NCBI GenBank assembly: GCA_964016885.1
Contig: OZ024741.1
Span: 55,428,001 to 55,492,000 of the forward strand
DNA length: 64,000 nt
DNA from: Eledone cirrhosa
Lineage: Eukaryota
Direction: 5' to 3'
The position numbers were made by a program, and so were the translations under genes. Below, one piece after another: positions 1-14,290 of the stretch; position 1 is the first letter of the stretch; every line of letters starts with the position of its first letter. A model generated the notes under the pieces. It saw only the letters and a program-made list of their open reading frames with translations, did not search any database and was not told where the DNA came from.

Positions 1-708
<708 letters not shown>

Positions 709-740
709 ACACGGGTGTGTATGATTGTGTATAGAAGATT

Positions 741-1125
741 ATATTAATAAAAGGAATTCCAACTTTGTCTGATTTACTCGTTTTATTTACAATCCTTTAA
801 AATTTATAATGATATTAGAATGAAATAGTATGGTAGAATATTAAATGTTAAATGTTAATTGAACAAGTAATTTCATGCTTTCGCAATCTTCAGGTTTATA
901 TTCTGTGGTGACAGTCAAGTTTGCAATTTTCAACAGTTGAAAATTGCAAACTTGACTGTCACCACACAATATGAACCTGAAGATTGCGAAAGCATGAAAT
1001 TACTTGTTCAATTAACACTTAACATTTAATATTCTACCATACTATTTCATTCTAATATTATGAATTTTAAAGGATTGTAAATAAAACGAGTAAATCAGAC
1101 AAAGTTGGAATTCCTTTTATTAATA
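741..1125. mobile_element. ~385-bp near-perfect palindrome: head-to-head PLE pLTR remnant with one HHR per arm
   Basis: Arms are reverse complements centred near 935 (TTTTCAAC-A-GTTGAAAA). HHR motifs lie at 972-1010 (+) and 860-898 (-). Confidence 0.75.
972..1010 (+). ncRNA. Minimal type I hammerhead ribozyme
   Basis: TGAAC-CTGAAGA-T-TGC GAAA GCA-T-GAAA-TTAC-TT-GTTCA. Stem III is reduced to about 1 bp, as in PLE minimal HHRs. A mirror copy is at 860-898 (-). Confidence 0.65.
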
Positions 1126-1126
1126 T

Positions 1127-1157
<31 letters not shown>

Positions 1158-1194
1158 TAAAATAACAGATTAAAGTTACCCTCTAAGAAGGAAT

Positions 1195-1452
1195 ATGACG
1201 TCACTTTCAGCTTATATCTGGAGTTTAAAAGACAACCACACCCAATATAAGTTACACTGGGAGATCCTAGCTAGGGCTAGATCGTATAACGGAAATAAAA
1301 GACCATGTGACATCTGCGCCGCTGAGGCCCTGGAAATACTCTACGCCACAGACCACATCTTAAACAAAAAATCTGAGGCAATTTCGGCTTGTAAACATAA
1401 ATTGCACAAAACTTTCCTGTATTACAGCCCCACGTTATACCCTAACGGATAG
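1195..1452 (+). pseudogene. PLE GIY-YIG endonuclease C-terminal fragment
   Basis: LSAYIWSLKD..W.IL..A..Y....CDIC..E...I....LNKKSE....CKH, homologous to the translation of 30930-31259. Confidence 0.75.
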
Positions 1453-2371
1453 TACGATTTATACGTGGATATTTTACGTCTTGATGTGGGAGCTAAGTAT
1501 ATGTTATGTTTATTCCTTTACTTATTTGCATAGGTAAGTATGCTTTACCCGTTTGTTTTGTGAAGGTACGTATACCTTCTCGTACGTATATTTGATTGTT
1601 TTGGCGTATAATTTGATATATTCTGGTACATAGGGTTTGGTTATGTGTATACGGGAGTTTTGCGTCTGTGTGAGTATGAGGGTTCGTACGTATGGTGGGT
1701 GTGGGTATACGTGTACTTCTTGTTTTAGTTGACTTACGTCTCCGAACATTCGTGTATTTATATGTAGGTATGTGTGTGCGCTTGTTATATACGTATTTAT
1801 TTATTTATATACGTTTATATAATTCTTTATATATTTGTATACACGCATACACACACACATATTTATATGTGCGTGGTTTTGTATACCTATGGTAAGGTTT
1901 TGCGTATGCTTGTGTATGTACTTATTTGTTTGCATGTATGTATTTATTTATTTCTATTACCTCTGTATTTATTTACTTGTTCTTAACTCTGTAGCGGAGA
2001 TTTATTTGGTCTCCTAGTTAGAATTTTAGTCTACGACTTCTGCTATACCATTTACGTGGTTTTGTCTTTGCGTGCTATTGTTCTCCACGTTCCACATATG
2101 ACGTATTATCTTCGTTTTTTCGTTCATTGCCAGAGAACGTCTCTATGCACCACCTAAGAGAACATTAGTCTACGACCTCTTTTATACCATAAACGTGGTT
2201 CTGTCTTTGCGCGTAATAGTTTTTCACCGCTCCTATTAATGACGTATTATTCGTTTTTTCCCGTTCTTTGCCAGCGAGCGTTACCACGAACCAAAGTATC
2301 GTCTTCCTGTCTTCCTCCGGTTGCAACGTTTTTTTAAATATCCAGTTCTGCGTTTACAGATTGACTTTGTT

Positions 2372-2422
2372 AGTTTCAGAAGATCCCGTTAAGGGTGAAA
2401 GCAGCGATTCTTTGCTTAAACT
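2372..2422 (+). ncRNA. Type I hammerhead-like motif with variant core CAGAAGA
   Basis: AGTTT-CAGAAGA-T-CCC GTTAA GGG-T-GAAA-GCA..TGC-TT-AAACT. Confidence 0.6.
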
Positions 2423-2532
2423 TTAATCTGTTATTTTAATAAATATTTGCTCTATGGTTCTTATAATATATTTGATATATATTTATCCTTATCGAGCCCT
2501 CTTTGGATTTTAGTCTTCAAATTTATTATTAT

Positions 2533-2572
<40 letters not shown>

Positions 2573-2720
2573 ATACTTTGGGAGGGTCATGTTGCCAATA
2601 AGAAACACACGCACCAGCTGCTTTCACTTCAATTTATTATAATAAATTTATAATAAATTTATAAATTTATAAATTTCTGGTTGGTTGGTTGGTTCCACAA
2701 CCAGATAGTTGTTTATATGT

Positions 2721-2765
2721 AGTCATAGTTCTTTCGTCACACACTCTGTGACCTCTTCAGTGACT
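2721..2765 (-). ncRNA. Type I hammerhead ribozyme in the PLE 3' pLTR
   Basis: AGTCA-CTGAAGA-G-GTCACA GAGTG TGTGAC-GAAA-GAAC-TA-TGACT. Confidence 0.8.
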
Positions 2766-2965
2766 GGAGATTCCTTTCTTTGTTTCTGTGCCTCTCCTTT
2801 GTTCTGTCCTACGCCATCTTGTTTCTGTGTGTGTGTTGTGTGCTCAGTCTGCGCATGCGCCACATCCGGGTGTCTGTGTGTGTTTATGTTCATTTATTTA
2901 TTTGTTTATTTACATGTTACTGGTTGGTTGTTTGTTCTATGTGTGTGTGTGTTTTCATTTTGTCC

Positions 2966-4006
2966 TTAATTGTAAGTTGTGATGTTACTGTTCCACTCAT
3001 ATTTTCTATTTAATTTTGGTTGTAATTCTTTTATGTTTATTGCCTCTGTAATTTGTCTAAACATTGCGTCTTTTCTGTGTCTAGATTCTATTTTTATTTT
3101 TATGTTCTCTAATTTACTCTTGTGTTCTATTTTAGCATGTTGGTAGAGTACAGATGATTCTTTATTATCTTGAAGGTCTCGCCAGTGTTCATTTATCCGT
3201 TCCCCTACACTACGAGCTGTCTCACCTATGTACACTATATTTTTGTCTCTACATTGTCCTTCAGTACATCTTATGCTATACACTACATTTCTAGTTTTAC
3301 AGTTAATATGGGGGCTTATTTTACAGGTTATACATTTCTTATCTATACATGAGGGTCTTTGAAAAGAGTATGTCTTGCTAATAAGTGTTTTTACGGAGGT
3401 ACCTGGTCTTTCTACTATCTTAATATTGAGTTTATGTTTATTTAGGGCCCTTGTAAATTTGTAAGCTAATTCACCTCTAGGGGTTGTATCGATGAACATT
3501 ACACTCTGGTATTTATTGCTATCATACCATGAGTTTATTCTATTAGCCTTGTTCCTAGTTCTTTCTATTCTATTCCAAAATGTGCTCCTATACAAGGGAC
3601 AGGTCCCATTTATGTCATTATTTACCATTTTTTCCCATTTGGTTCTGGCTCCTCTATACACTCTGATTTTATCTCTCTGATTGTAGCCAGAGAACTGCAT
3701 ACGGTGGATGAAGTGTTGTATGTGTCTCTCTAGTTCTTCGGGGTTGCACATGCGGGACACATTTCTCATCACCCGTACCAAATCCGCAATCAGTATGTTG
3801 ATTTTGGTATGGTCCGAAACGGCCGAGTTTCGGTGGATCAGATGTTTGGAAGTCATGGGTTTGGCATAATGGGAATGGAGGATTTGTTTTTTTGTTGTTA
3901 ATGGTATCTAACCAGAGCTCTGTGTCTAGTACAGGTAATCGATGGATGGGGTGTTTACTTGGGTAGTCTATAGTAACTCTAATGCTCTGGTGGATGGAGT
4001 TTGCTA
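2966..4006 (-). pseudogene. PLE polyprotein fragment: RT C-terminus, thumb, Cys linker, GIY-YIG endonuclease
   Basis: ANSIHQSIRVTID..LPVLD (frameshift near 3890) then ORF 2966-3856 with C....C..C.....C, VVYSIRC..YIGETARSVGERINEH and RQITEAINI...P.LN. Confidence 0.9.
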
Positions 4007-4234
4007 TTAAGGACAAAATTAAGGACAAAATTAAGGACAAAATGAAAACACACACACACATAGAACAAACAACCAACCAGTAACATGTAAATAAACAAAT
4101 AAATAAATGAACATAAACACACACAGACACCCGGATGTGGCGCATGCGCAGACTGAGCACACAACACACACACAGAAACAAAATGGCGTAGGACAGAACA
4201 AAGGAGAGGGACAGAAACAAAGAAAGGAATCCCC

Positions 4235-4279
4235 AGTCACTGAAGAGGTCACAGAGTGTGTGACGAAAGAACTATGACT
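4235..4279 (+). ncRNA. Type I hammerhead ribozyme (inverted pLTR copy)
   Basis: Same motif as 2721-2765 on the opposite strand. Confidence 0.8.
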
Positions 4280-4489
4280 ATATATAAACAACTATCTGGT
4301 TGTGGAACCAACCAACCAACCAGAAATTTATAAATTTATAAATTTATTATAAATTTATTATAATAAATTGAAGTGAAAGCAACTGGTGCGTGTGTTTCTT
4401 ATTGGCAACATGACCCTCCCAAAGTATAACAATATCAGTTTCAACACACGATTTCAGATAAAGAATCTTGCTAAACAAATTCAGAAACG

Positions 4490-4579
<90 letters not shown>

Positions 4580-4879
4580 ATACATGTATATATAAATACG
4601 CGCATGCGTGTATATGTGTATATGCATTTATATTGACCTCTTGTCTTGATATTTGTACCTCGAATATTGAGTCTCGTTGTGAAAGAGATTGAATTCAATA
4701 GTAACGTCATAGTTTAGTCACTGTAAATTAAAGCGCAGCTTAACGGGAATAAGTTAGATCAGACATACCAACGCCGACAGAATTTGAACTGAGTCCTGTT
4801 GAAATGTTAGTTGAAATCTTTTCGATAGCGTCTGCCGTCTTTCCATTGATTCCAATCATTGCAGGCAATATGAAAATCC

Positions 4880-5025
4880 ATGGCGAAGGAGTATCCGAAT
4901 TGTTAGATATTTGGATGAACTTCTATTGCAATACTTGTTCTGGCTTTTTACATTCCGTGTTCAAATCCCGCCAAGGTCAACTTTGCTCTTCAATCTTCCG
5001 GGGTTGATAAAAACAATTATTATTA
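4880..5025 (+). mobile_element. Degenerate tRNA-derived SINE (family 1)
   Basis: GTTCAAATCCCGCCAAGGTCAACTTTGC..GGGGTTGATAAAA..(ATT)n, matching the better copies. Confidence 0.6.
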
Positions 5026-5201
5026 ACAGCACTGATCCACTGGTTAAATTCTATAAAGAAACTTTTTATATACATCGATTCCTCGTTGCCTTAGTTCGAG
5101 TATCTATAATTACAGAGTCCCTTAGACACTATAAGCGCTGGCTCATAATTAACTGGGTGATGTCTAAAAACATCTGACTGATGAAATGATAAGTCAGTCA
5201 A

Positions 5202-5470
5202 TCATATTGGTGGTCTCCCCACAGCCCCGGCGGACAGAATAGAGAAGGCGTTTCCCCGGAGGACGGCAGGGGAGATGCGCTGGAAAAGCCATTCCAGTTC
5301 GTGAGGCTCACACCTGCGGCTGGCCATCTCAGCGCCTATGGTGGTGAGTAGGGAGGTAGCCCTAGGGTCGAGGACACCAGAAGTCTCCACTGCCAAGGGT
5401 ACAACGGCAAACCTGTCGGAGAGCGACCGATACTTGGAGAGTTTGGCCTCCTCAACCCGAGGTGCAACAG
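5202..5470 (-). pseudogene. CRE-like non-LTR retrotransposon restriction-like endonuclease C-terminal fragment
   Basis: E.AKLSKY....VVPLAVETSG..........LFQRIS.AVLRGNA, the typical CRE-clade C-terminus. GC-rich island. Confidence 0.7.
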
Positions 5471-5774
5471 AAAAAGTACCCGTCATGTACTACGTTTTAT
5501 TTTATCAACTTTGCCCTCCCCACAAATGTGTTCCCCATGTGCCTAAATTATGAATCAGTTTTATAAACTATATCTGGATTTGTCATTGTGGTTACTAGAG
5601 TAAGTATTACGAATACACGTTTCTGTGTTTAAGGTAAGTACATACAAGTACCCACGAAGACGTGTTTAAATTTATATATACAGTTTAGATTTACACTGTT
5701 GTGTTGAAATTCTGTACACATTTTTAACACACCCTCTTATGTTTTAATACTGTATATAGTTGAAAAGATGTATA

Positions 5775-6390
5775 TAGTTTAAACCCACACTCGTGTGTTT
5801 AATTTCTGTAAATAGTTTAACTCCACACTCGTGTGTTTAAGTTCTGTAAATAGTTTAACTCCACACTCGTGTGTTTAAGTTCTGTAAATAGTTTAACTCC
5901 ACACTCGTGTGTTTAAGTTCTGTAAATAGTTTAACTCCACACTCGTGTGTTTAAGTTCTGTAAATAGTTTAACTCCACACTCGTGTGTTTAAGTTCTGTA
6001 AATAGTTTAACTCCACACTCGTGTGTTTAAGTTCTGTAAATAGTTTAACTCCACACTCGTGTGTTTAAGTTCTGTAAATAGTTTAACTCCACACTCGTGT
6101 GTTTAAGTTCTGTAAATAGTTTAACTCCACACTCGTGTGTTTAAGTTCTGTAAATAGTTTAACTCCACACTCGTGTGTTTAAGTTCTGTAAATAGTTTAA
6201 CTCCACACTCGTGTGTTTAAGTTCTGTAAATAGTTTAACTCCACACTCGTGTGTTTAAGTTCTGTAAATAGTTTAACTCCACACTCGTGTGTTTAAGTTC
6301 TGTAAATAGTTTAACTCCACACTCGTGTGTTTAAGTTCTGTAAATAGTTTAAATCCATACTCGTGTGTTTAAGTTCTGTAAATAGTTTTA
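5775..6390. repeat. 38-bp minisatellite, ~16 copies (CTCCACACTCGTGTGTTTAAGTTCTGTAAATAGTTTAA)
   Basis: Period 38 (units start at 5821, 5859, ...); units nearly identical. Confidence 0.95.
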
Positions 6391-6579
6391 TATCGTTTCA
6401 ACACAACTCTGTGTATATAAATTATGTCCACATACTTTAAACACACAATGGTGTGACTAAATTCTGTACACAATTTAAAATCAGTGTGATGTGTTTAAAC
6501 AGTGAACACATTTTAAACAAGCGAAGTTCTGTTTGAATTCTATAGATTTTTAAACATTAGGAGATATGTGCTTAAATTG

Positions 6580-6995
6580 TGACAGTAGGGTGTGTTTGAA
6601 CGGTGTACACATTTTAAAAACGAGAGGGTGTGTTTGAACGGTGTACACGATGTAATCACAGAGGGTGTGTACTAAATGTGGGTAGACAGTTTCAACAAGA
6701 GAGCCTAAAGTGTGTACACAGTTTAAACACGAGAGTCTAATGTGTGTACACAGTTTAGATAGGAGAGTCTAAAGTGTGTACACAGTTTAGATAGGAGAGT
6801 CTAAAGTGTGTACACAGTTTAGATAGGAGAGTCTAAAGTGTGTACACAGTTTCAACAAGAGAGCCTAAAGCGGGTACACAGTTTAAACACGAGAGTGTGT
6901 GATTCAAGTGTATACACAGTTTAAACAGGAGAATCTAAAGTGTGTACACAGTTTAAACAGGAGAGTGTGTTTAAAGTGTATACACAGTTTCAACA
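6580..6995. repeat. Diverged 29-31-bp tandem repeat (GAGAGTCTAAAGTGTGTACACAGTTTA..) related to the 38-mer
   Basis: Recurrent GTGTACACAGTTT units. Confidence 0.75.
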
Positions 6996-7754
6996 TGTCT
7001 TAAATCCGACTACTCTATGAAATTCTTCATGTTGTCATTAACAATCACGTGACGTCCATATTGTTAGTTTGTTTAATGTGTTCATGTCGTGTTGGTGTTT
7101 AAAATATCTCTCTAAACATTGTATGACATGAAACAAGAAATAAACCAGCCAGGCTCGTAGTAACAACTAAATCGCTACTTTTCTACCAAACGGTGGAAAG
7201 AAAACTTCTGAGAAAATACAAGTTGATTACACTTTATATTTTATTAATGGCTAAAAATTTACATTAATTTTTTTCTTTTTTTAATCTTTTATTTGAAAAA
7301 AAAATTCTAATTTTTCAAATTTGTTATTATGTAAACGAAATATATATAAAAAAAAATCAATGTTAAATATTTTACAACTATTACAAAAGATTAATGAAAT
7401 ATAAATGAGTAAATTTTGTTCGGAAATTTAAACGTCAGTTAGTCATAATAGTTTTGTTTTCATTTTTGTTTTGGAAATTCAACAAAATGCATTTTTAATA
7501 GCTTAATAAATTGAGAACCGTCAGGTGGTTGTGGTAAATGATGAAAATGCATTTAAAGTGTGGAGTGTGTTTCATTGGCAGACAATAAAATACTGCAGTG
7601 TTAAAGTATTTAGCTAAAAGCCTCTACATTCAAGTTTCAATTCACTGCCAACATAGTCTTTGGTTTAGCGAAATCCAAAGACGATAGAATAACTAATAGT
7701 TAGATGTCGTATCACTGCCATATACACACCAATATGTATATGCATACATACATG

Positions 7755-7822
<68 letters not shown>

Positions 7823-7885
7823 AAATAAGGACGAGTGGTTACACTATCATTACGTTTATTGGTTGGTGACGCACATTTTGCCACC

Positions 7886-8063
7886 GATCAGCTCAAGGTT
7901 CGATCTGTATCGATCTAGCCCGACTCTGTAATCCACGGCTCGTCAGACCCCTTACAATGGTAATGAAAAAATGATCATTCTTTCATTACCATTATAGGGG
8001 GTCTGACGAACCGTGGATTACAGAGTCGGGCTAGATCGATACAGATCGAAACTTGAGCTGATC
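7886..8063. mobile_element. 178-bp fold-back element with a degenerate HHR-like core
   Basis: Arms are reverse complements centred near 7975. CTGACGA at 8003-8009 and GAAA at 8048-8051. Confidence 0.55.
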
Positions 8064-8114
8064 AGTGAACCTACCGTAACTCCACGTTACACTCCCTGGA
8101 TATATTTATATACA

Positions 8115-8615
<501 letters not shown>

Positions 8616-9769
8616 AGCAGTATCGTTGTGAAAATGCCCTCCATCCCCTGCCACCCTTGATATTGTTCGAAGCTCATTGCGCTTTGAGTTCAAATATCAC
8701 CGATGTCAACTTAACCTTTCATATTTTCGTGGTCAATAAAAGGGGGGAGAGCCTCTGCCTACCTGATCTCAATTTTTACAACAGAGTGGACGTCCCTAAA
8801 GTTATCCAGGACCCTGCGATGGTGTTAAACCAGGGGACCAGATAAAGTCTAACATTTGTATCTCTCTCTTTATACTCACTGAATTAGTGGCTCAGGTAAA
8901 AAAGACAGATCGATAAAATATGTGTCACTTTTGAAACGATAAGTATTGGAATCAATCTGAACAACTAAATCAAGATCGTGCTCCAGTATGGCAGCGTTTT
9001 AATGACAGAAACCACCGAAAGAATAGAAATAAAGACAAATATACCACAGTAAAAGACATGAAAGAAGAAGGAAAGAAATTAAGGAGATCCCAACCAAAAA
9101 TATGAGGGGATAATAATCGAGTGAGTATGTTAATTTAAAGAACTAACAAACACTTGAGAGGGCTTTGGTGATATTGCGAAGAATTAAGCGGGAATATATA
9201 GTTTACTAATTTGTACTATTAATATGTAGAAACAGACAGATATATATATATATATATACAGAGAGAGAGAGGGGGGAGGGGGGAGAGAGAGACTGACAGA
9301 GAGAGAGAGAGAGGGAGAGAGAGACTGACAGAGAGAGAGAGAGATACATATATACTTACATATAGATATGCAAATGTGTGTGTGGGGGGGGGGGGGGTAC
9401 GGATGTGGGTAAAAGTAGGCAGGACTTCCGAAGCACTTCTGAAGAACCAGCAATGCGAAACATTATTCAGTGCGAGTTTGCTGCGATGCGTTGCGAGCAC
9501 TGAGATGGGATCTGTGATACACAGCAAATTAGCCAGTTTAGGGTACAGGGTCTTACCCCCAGGGGTCGTGTGGTTCATTGAGAGTGGGTGGGGAGAGGAA
9601 GGAAGCGTGTGAGAACGACAAGTGGGGAAGAGGAGAGAGAGAAGAGGGACAGTGAAGACCGGTTGTTAATTTACCGTGTCTTGAAGGCTTTTTAATTGAC
9701 CAACAACGACCACTGTTGTTGTTGGGGAGGTGATGAGGTCGCTGGTGCCTATATGGACGTCTAGGTGTA

Positions 9770-10111
9770 TGTGTGTATATACACACACATATATATATAA
9801 CATACATACATATATATAACATACATACATACATATATATAACATACATAACACACATACATAACATACATATATAACATACATACATACACATATATAA
9901 CATACATACACATATATAACATACATACATACACATATATAACATACATAACATACATATATAACATACATACACACACATATATAACATACATATATAA
10001 CATAAATACATACATAACATACATATATAACAAACATACATACACATATATAACCTACATACATACATACATAACATACATATATAACATACATACATAC
10101 ATACATATATA

Positions 10112-10147
<36 letters not shown>

Positions 10148-10196
10148 CATACATACATACATACATATATAACATACATACATACATACATATATA

Positions 10197-10232
<36 letters not shown>

Positions 10233-10987
10233 CATACATACATACATAATATACATATATAACATACATACATACACATATATAACATACATACATACAT
10301 AACATACATATATAACATACATACATATATAACATACATACACACACATATATAACATACATACATATATAACATACATACATACATAACATACATATAT
10401 CACATACATACATATATAACATACATACATACATAACATACATATATAACATACATACACACACATATATAACATACATACATATATAACATACATACAT
10501 ACATAACATACATATATAACATACATACACACACATATATAACATACATACATACATACATACATAACATACATATATAACATACATACATAAACATATA
10601 TAACATACATACAAAATATACATATATAACATACATACATACATACATACACATATATAACATACATACATACATACATACATAACATACATATATAACA
10701 TACATACATACACATATATAGCATACATACATACATACATATATACATATATAACATACATACACATATATAGCATACATACATACATAACATACATATA
10801 TAACATACATACATAACATACATAACATACATATATAACATACATACATACATAACATACATATATAACATACATACATACACATATATAACATACATAC
10901 ATACATACATACATATATAACATACATACATACATACATATGTCTGTCTGCGTGTGTTTTCGTGTGTGTCTATACTGGTGGGTGTTT

Positions 10988-11051
<64 letters not shown>

Positions 11052-11110
11052 TATATGTATATATATATTTATATATATATATGAATATTATATATACATA
11101 TATATTTATA

Positions 11111-11167
<57 letters not shown>

Positions 11168-11208
11168 GTATATATATATATGTATATATATATATGTATA
11201 TATATGTA

Positions 11209-11239
<31 letters not shown>

Positions 11240-11296
11240 GCATACACAAACACATATATATACACCAACGCACACGCACACACATACATATATATG

Positions 11297-11353
<57 letters not shown>

Positions 11354-11360
11354 GTATATA
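9770..11360. repeat. Compound (ACAT)n-ATATAAC cryptic minisatellite followed by (AT)n
   Basis: Recurring ACATATATAACATACATAC units at 9790-10940, then AT-rich microsatellite. Confidence 0.9.
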
Positions 11361-11544
11361 TAGTGGTGAAAGCGATGATGTTTCTAGAGCGGTGTTTCTC
11401 GCTGGAGGCTGGTGGGATGTTGGGAGAGGGGGAGGACAGAGAGTAAGATGTGTTGGGAAATCATCATGCGATACATATTTATCAAAGATCCTGATGGGTG
11501 TTGGTAGGGGGCTCTGAGTAAATGAGAGCGGAAGAGGGTAATTG

Positions 11545-11587
11545 AGTGAGAGAGAGAGAGGGAGAGAGAGACAGACTGATATAGCGC

Positions 11588-11618
<31 letters not shown>

Positions 11619-12216
11619 AGACAGACAGACAGATATAGCGTGAGAGAGAGAGAGAGAGAGAAGGAGAGAGAGAGAGAGGGAGAGACAGACAGACAGATAT
11701 AGCGAGAGAGAGAGAGATAGGGAGGGAGAGAGAGAGGGGGAGAGACAGACAGACAGATATAGCGAGAGAGAGGGGGGGGTAATAGAGTGGTTGAGAGAGG
11801 GAGAAAGAGAGAGGGGGTGATATGGTGGTTGAGAGAGTGAGAGAGAGTTATACGTTGGTAGAGAGAGAGTGAGAGAGAGTGAGAGAGAGTGAGAGAGAGG
11901 GAGACAGAGTTATAGGTTTGTAGAGAGAGAGAGAGTAATAGGGAGGTTGAGAGGGAGAGAGTAATAGGGAGGTTGAGAGAGATGGTAAAGTGATAGATAC
12001 ATATGAAGAGAGATTGTGTGTAGGAGGGAGAGACAGAGAGGGGGAAGGAGGAAGAGACAGAGAGGGAGAAGGAGGAAGAGACAGAGAGGGGGAAGGAGAG
12101 ACAGACAGGGGAAGGGGGAGGGACAAAGAGGGAGAAGGGGAGACAGACAGGGGAAGGGGGAGAGACAGAGAGGGAGAAGGAGAGACAGACAGGGGAAGGG
12201 GGGGGGGGGGGGGGGT
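11545..12216. repeat. Purine-rich (GA)n/(GACA)n low-complexity tract
   Basis: Read directly from the sequence. Confidence 0.85.
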
Positions 12217-12347
12217 GTATAAGCGTGAAAAATGTTTACGACGTATTAATTAGGGTAATGTGTAAACACAGTCACTGGCCCACGTGACCCGTGTATTTCA
12301 ATAGGCTATCAACATACCTGATTCAGTCGTTGCCTCTGTTGTCTCTT

Positions 12348-12677
<330 letters not shown>

Positions 12678-12733
12678 GTATAAATATATATATATATATA
12701 TATATTTATAGATAGATATTTCTATAAATATAT

Positions 12734-12774
<41 letters not shown>

Positions 12775-12827
12775 TGTATGTGTGTATGTATGTATATATA
12801 TTTCTATATATGTGTCTAAATAAATAT

Positions 12828-13510
12828 TTCTCCATACCCTATTCCCAATTCCTCCCTCTCCGTCGACTCTGTAGCCAGGACGACGATTTCGAAACCCATT
12901 CCCTTCAGATGGCGTCCTTCTACGTCCAGCGTGGATACCCCGCCACTCTGATCCAAGCTGCTCTCACCCGCGCCCATGAAACAGACCGCACCACAGCCCT
13001 CTCGCAAAAAAAAAAAACACTTTTCTTTCCCTTTCACTTAACCCCCCGCCCCACCCCCATCACCCTACCACTCCGACGACATATTCTTCGTTTCTTCCGC
13101 ATCCGCTCTTCTAATTTTAAGCACGCCCGCAACCGCCACGACCTCCTGGTTCGCAGTTCCTTCTCGTCCTCTCCCAGGACTCCAAGTGCACAAGTATAGC
13201 TCTTTTTACAAAACGTTTTTTTTTTCCATTTCAGGTAGACGCACTCCATCCACTTTTCTAAAAAATAAATCATACACAAAACACCAGCACCAACAGTTTT
13301 GGAAGAGATGTCAATTTTTTGCCATTCCAACCCGCCCGTCCCTTCAATCTATCTTATTTCTCATTCTTTCTTCTGATGAGGGACTAGCGTCCAAAACGTT
13401 AAGACCCTCTTCCTGCTATATCAAGCGTTAACCTAATATATCCCTTCCATATACTATACCGATTGTGTTGTTATTTCTGCTCACCTTTTACATATTTATA
13501 TGTTATTTTA
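12828..13510 (+). mobile_element. Degraded Neptune-like PLE fragment with HHR
   Basis: SIPYSQFL.LRRLCS...F.......F..RGYP (PLE RT thumb). HHR at 13369-13404. Confidence 0.75.
13369..13404 (+). ncRNA. Minimal hammerhead motif, GAAA mutated to AAAA
   Basis: TCTT-CTGATGA-G-GGAC TAGC GTCC-AAAA-CG-TT-AAGA. Confidence 0.6.
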
Positions 13511-13683
13511 AATATAGTTTTTAAAGAATTCCCTTTTCTTTAAACCCATCAACCAATGACCTCCACCCATCCTAATCTCCACCCTCTCCTACCACCAGAA
13601 AAGATATAAATACCACCATATTACTTGGACAGTCGGCTTCCTGATAATTTCTCACGAATGAAACAGTACTAGTCCTATAGAAG

Positions 13684-13746
<63 letters not shown>

Positions 13747-13795
13747 ATCTCTCTCGCTCTCTCTCTCTTTATATATATATATCTATCTATATATA

Positions 13796-14005
13796 TAACA
13801 GATTAAAGTTTAAGCAAAGAAACGCTGCTTTCACCCTTAACGGGATCTTCTGAGATCCCGTTAAGGGTGAAAGCCGCGATTCTTTGCTTAAACTTTAATC
13901 TGTTATTTTAATAAATATTTGCTCTAGGGTTCTTATATATTTGATATATATTTATCCTTATCGAGCCCTCTTTAGATTTTAGTCTTCACATTTATTATTA
14001 TTACT
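13796..14005 (+). mobile_element. Solo pLTR of the 1156-2537 PLE family with a fold-back 5' end (palindrome 13796-13905)
   Basis: 13853-14005 matches 2381-2537. The left arm is its reverse complement and turns at the HHR core. Confidence 0.85.
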
Positions 14006-14108
14006 CGAGGTTAACTTTGCCTTTCATCCTTACGGGGTCGATAAAATAAAGTACCAGTAATGTGCTGGTAATTGCTGGCCTTGTGTCTAAAGTAGAAACA
14101 ATTATTAC
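14006..14108 (+). mobile_element. SINE family 1, 5'-truncated
   Basis: GAGGTTAACTTTGCCTTTCATCCTTACGGGGTCGATAAAATAAAGTACCAGT..GTAGAAACAATTATT. Confidence 0.85.
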
Positions 14109-14290
14109 TATATATATATGAGTGTGTGTGTGAGTTCATTCCTTATACATCTCGAACTCAAAACATTCCGACCATTACATTCTCTTCTTCTTCCCTTGGC
14201 TGAAATAAATCCTGAAACACCCCGCCATCTCGACTGACGTTGACAATTTCTATACAAGTGCAACGTAATAACAACAACAACAAAAAATGC

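Larger units (their letters stand above)
1156..2537 (+). mobile_element. 5'-truncated Penelope-like element: GIY-YIG C-terminus, long 3'UTR/pLTR, 22-nt inverted 5' stub
   Basis: ORF 1195-1452; HHR at 2372-2422; 1156-1177 is the reverse complement of 2419-2440; flanked by (AT)n. Confidence 0.75.
2566..4492 (-). mobile_element. 5'-truncated Penelope/Poseidon-like element with a ~400-bp inverted pLTR copy at its 5' end
   Basis: 2566-2970 is the inverted repeat of ~4030-4434. It encloses an RT thumb + GIY-YIG ORF. Both ends abut (AT)n. Confidence 0.9.

Noticed and set aside
5775-6390. CRISPR-like 38-bp repeats with an internal hairpin
   Set aside because: Units are directly adjacent with no spacers.
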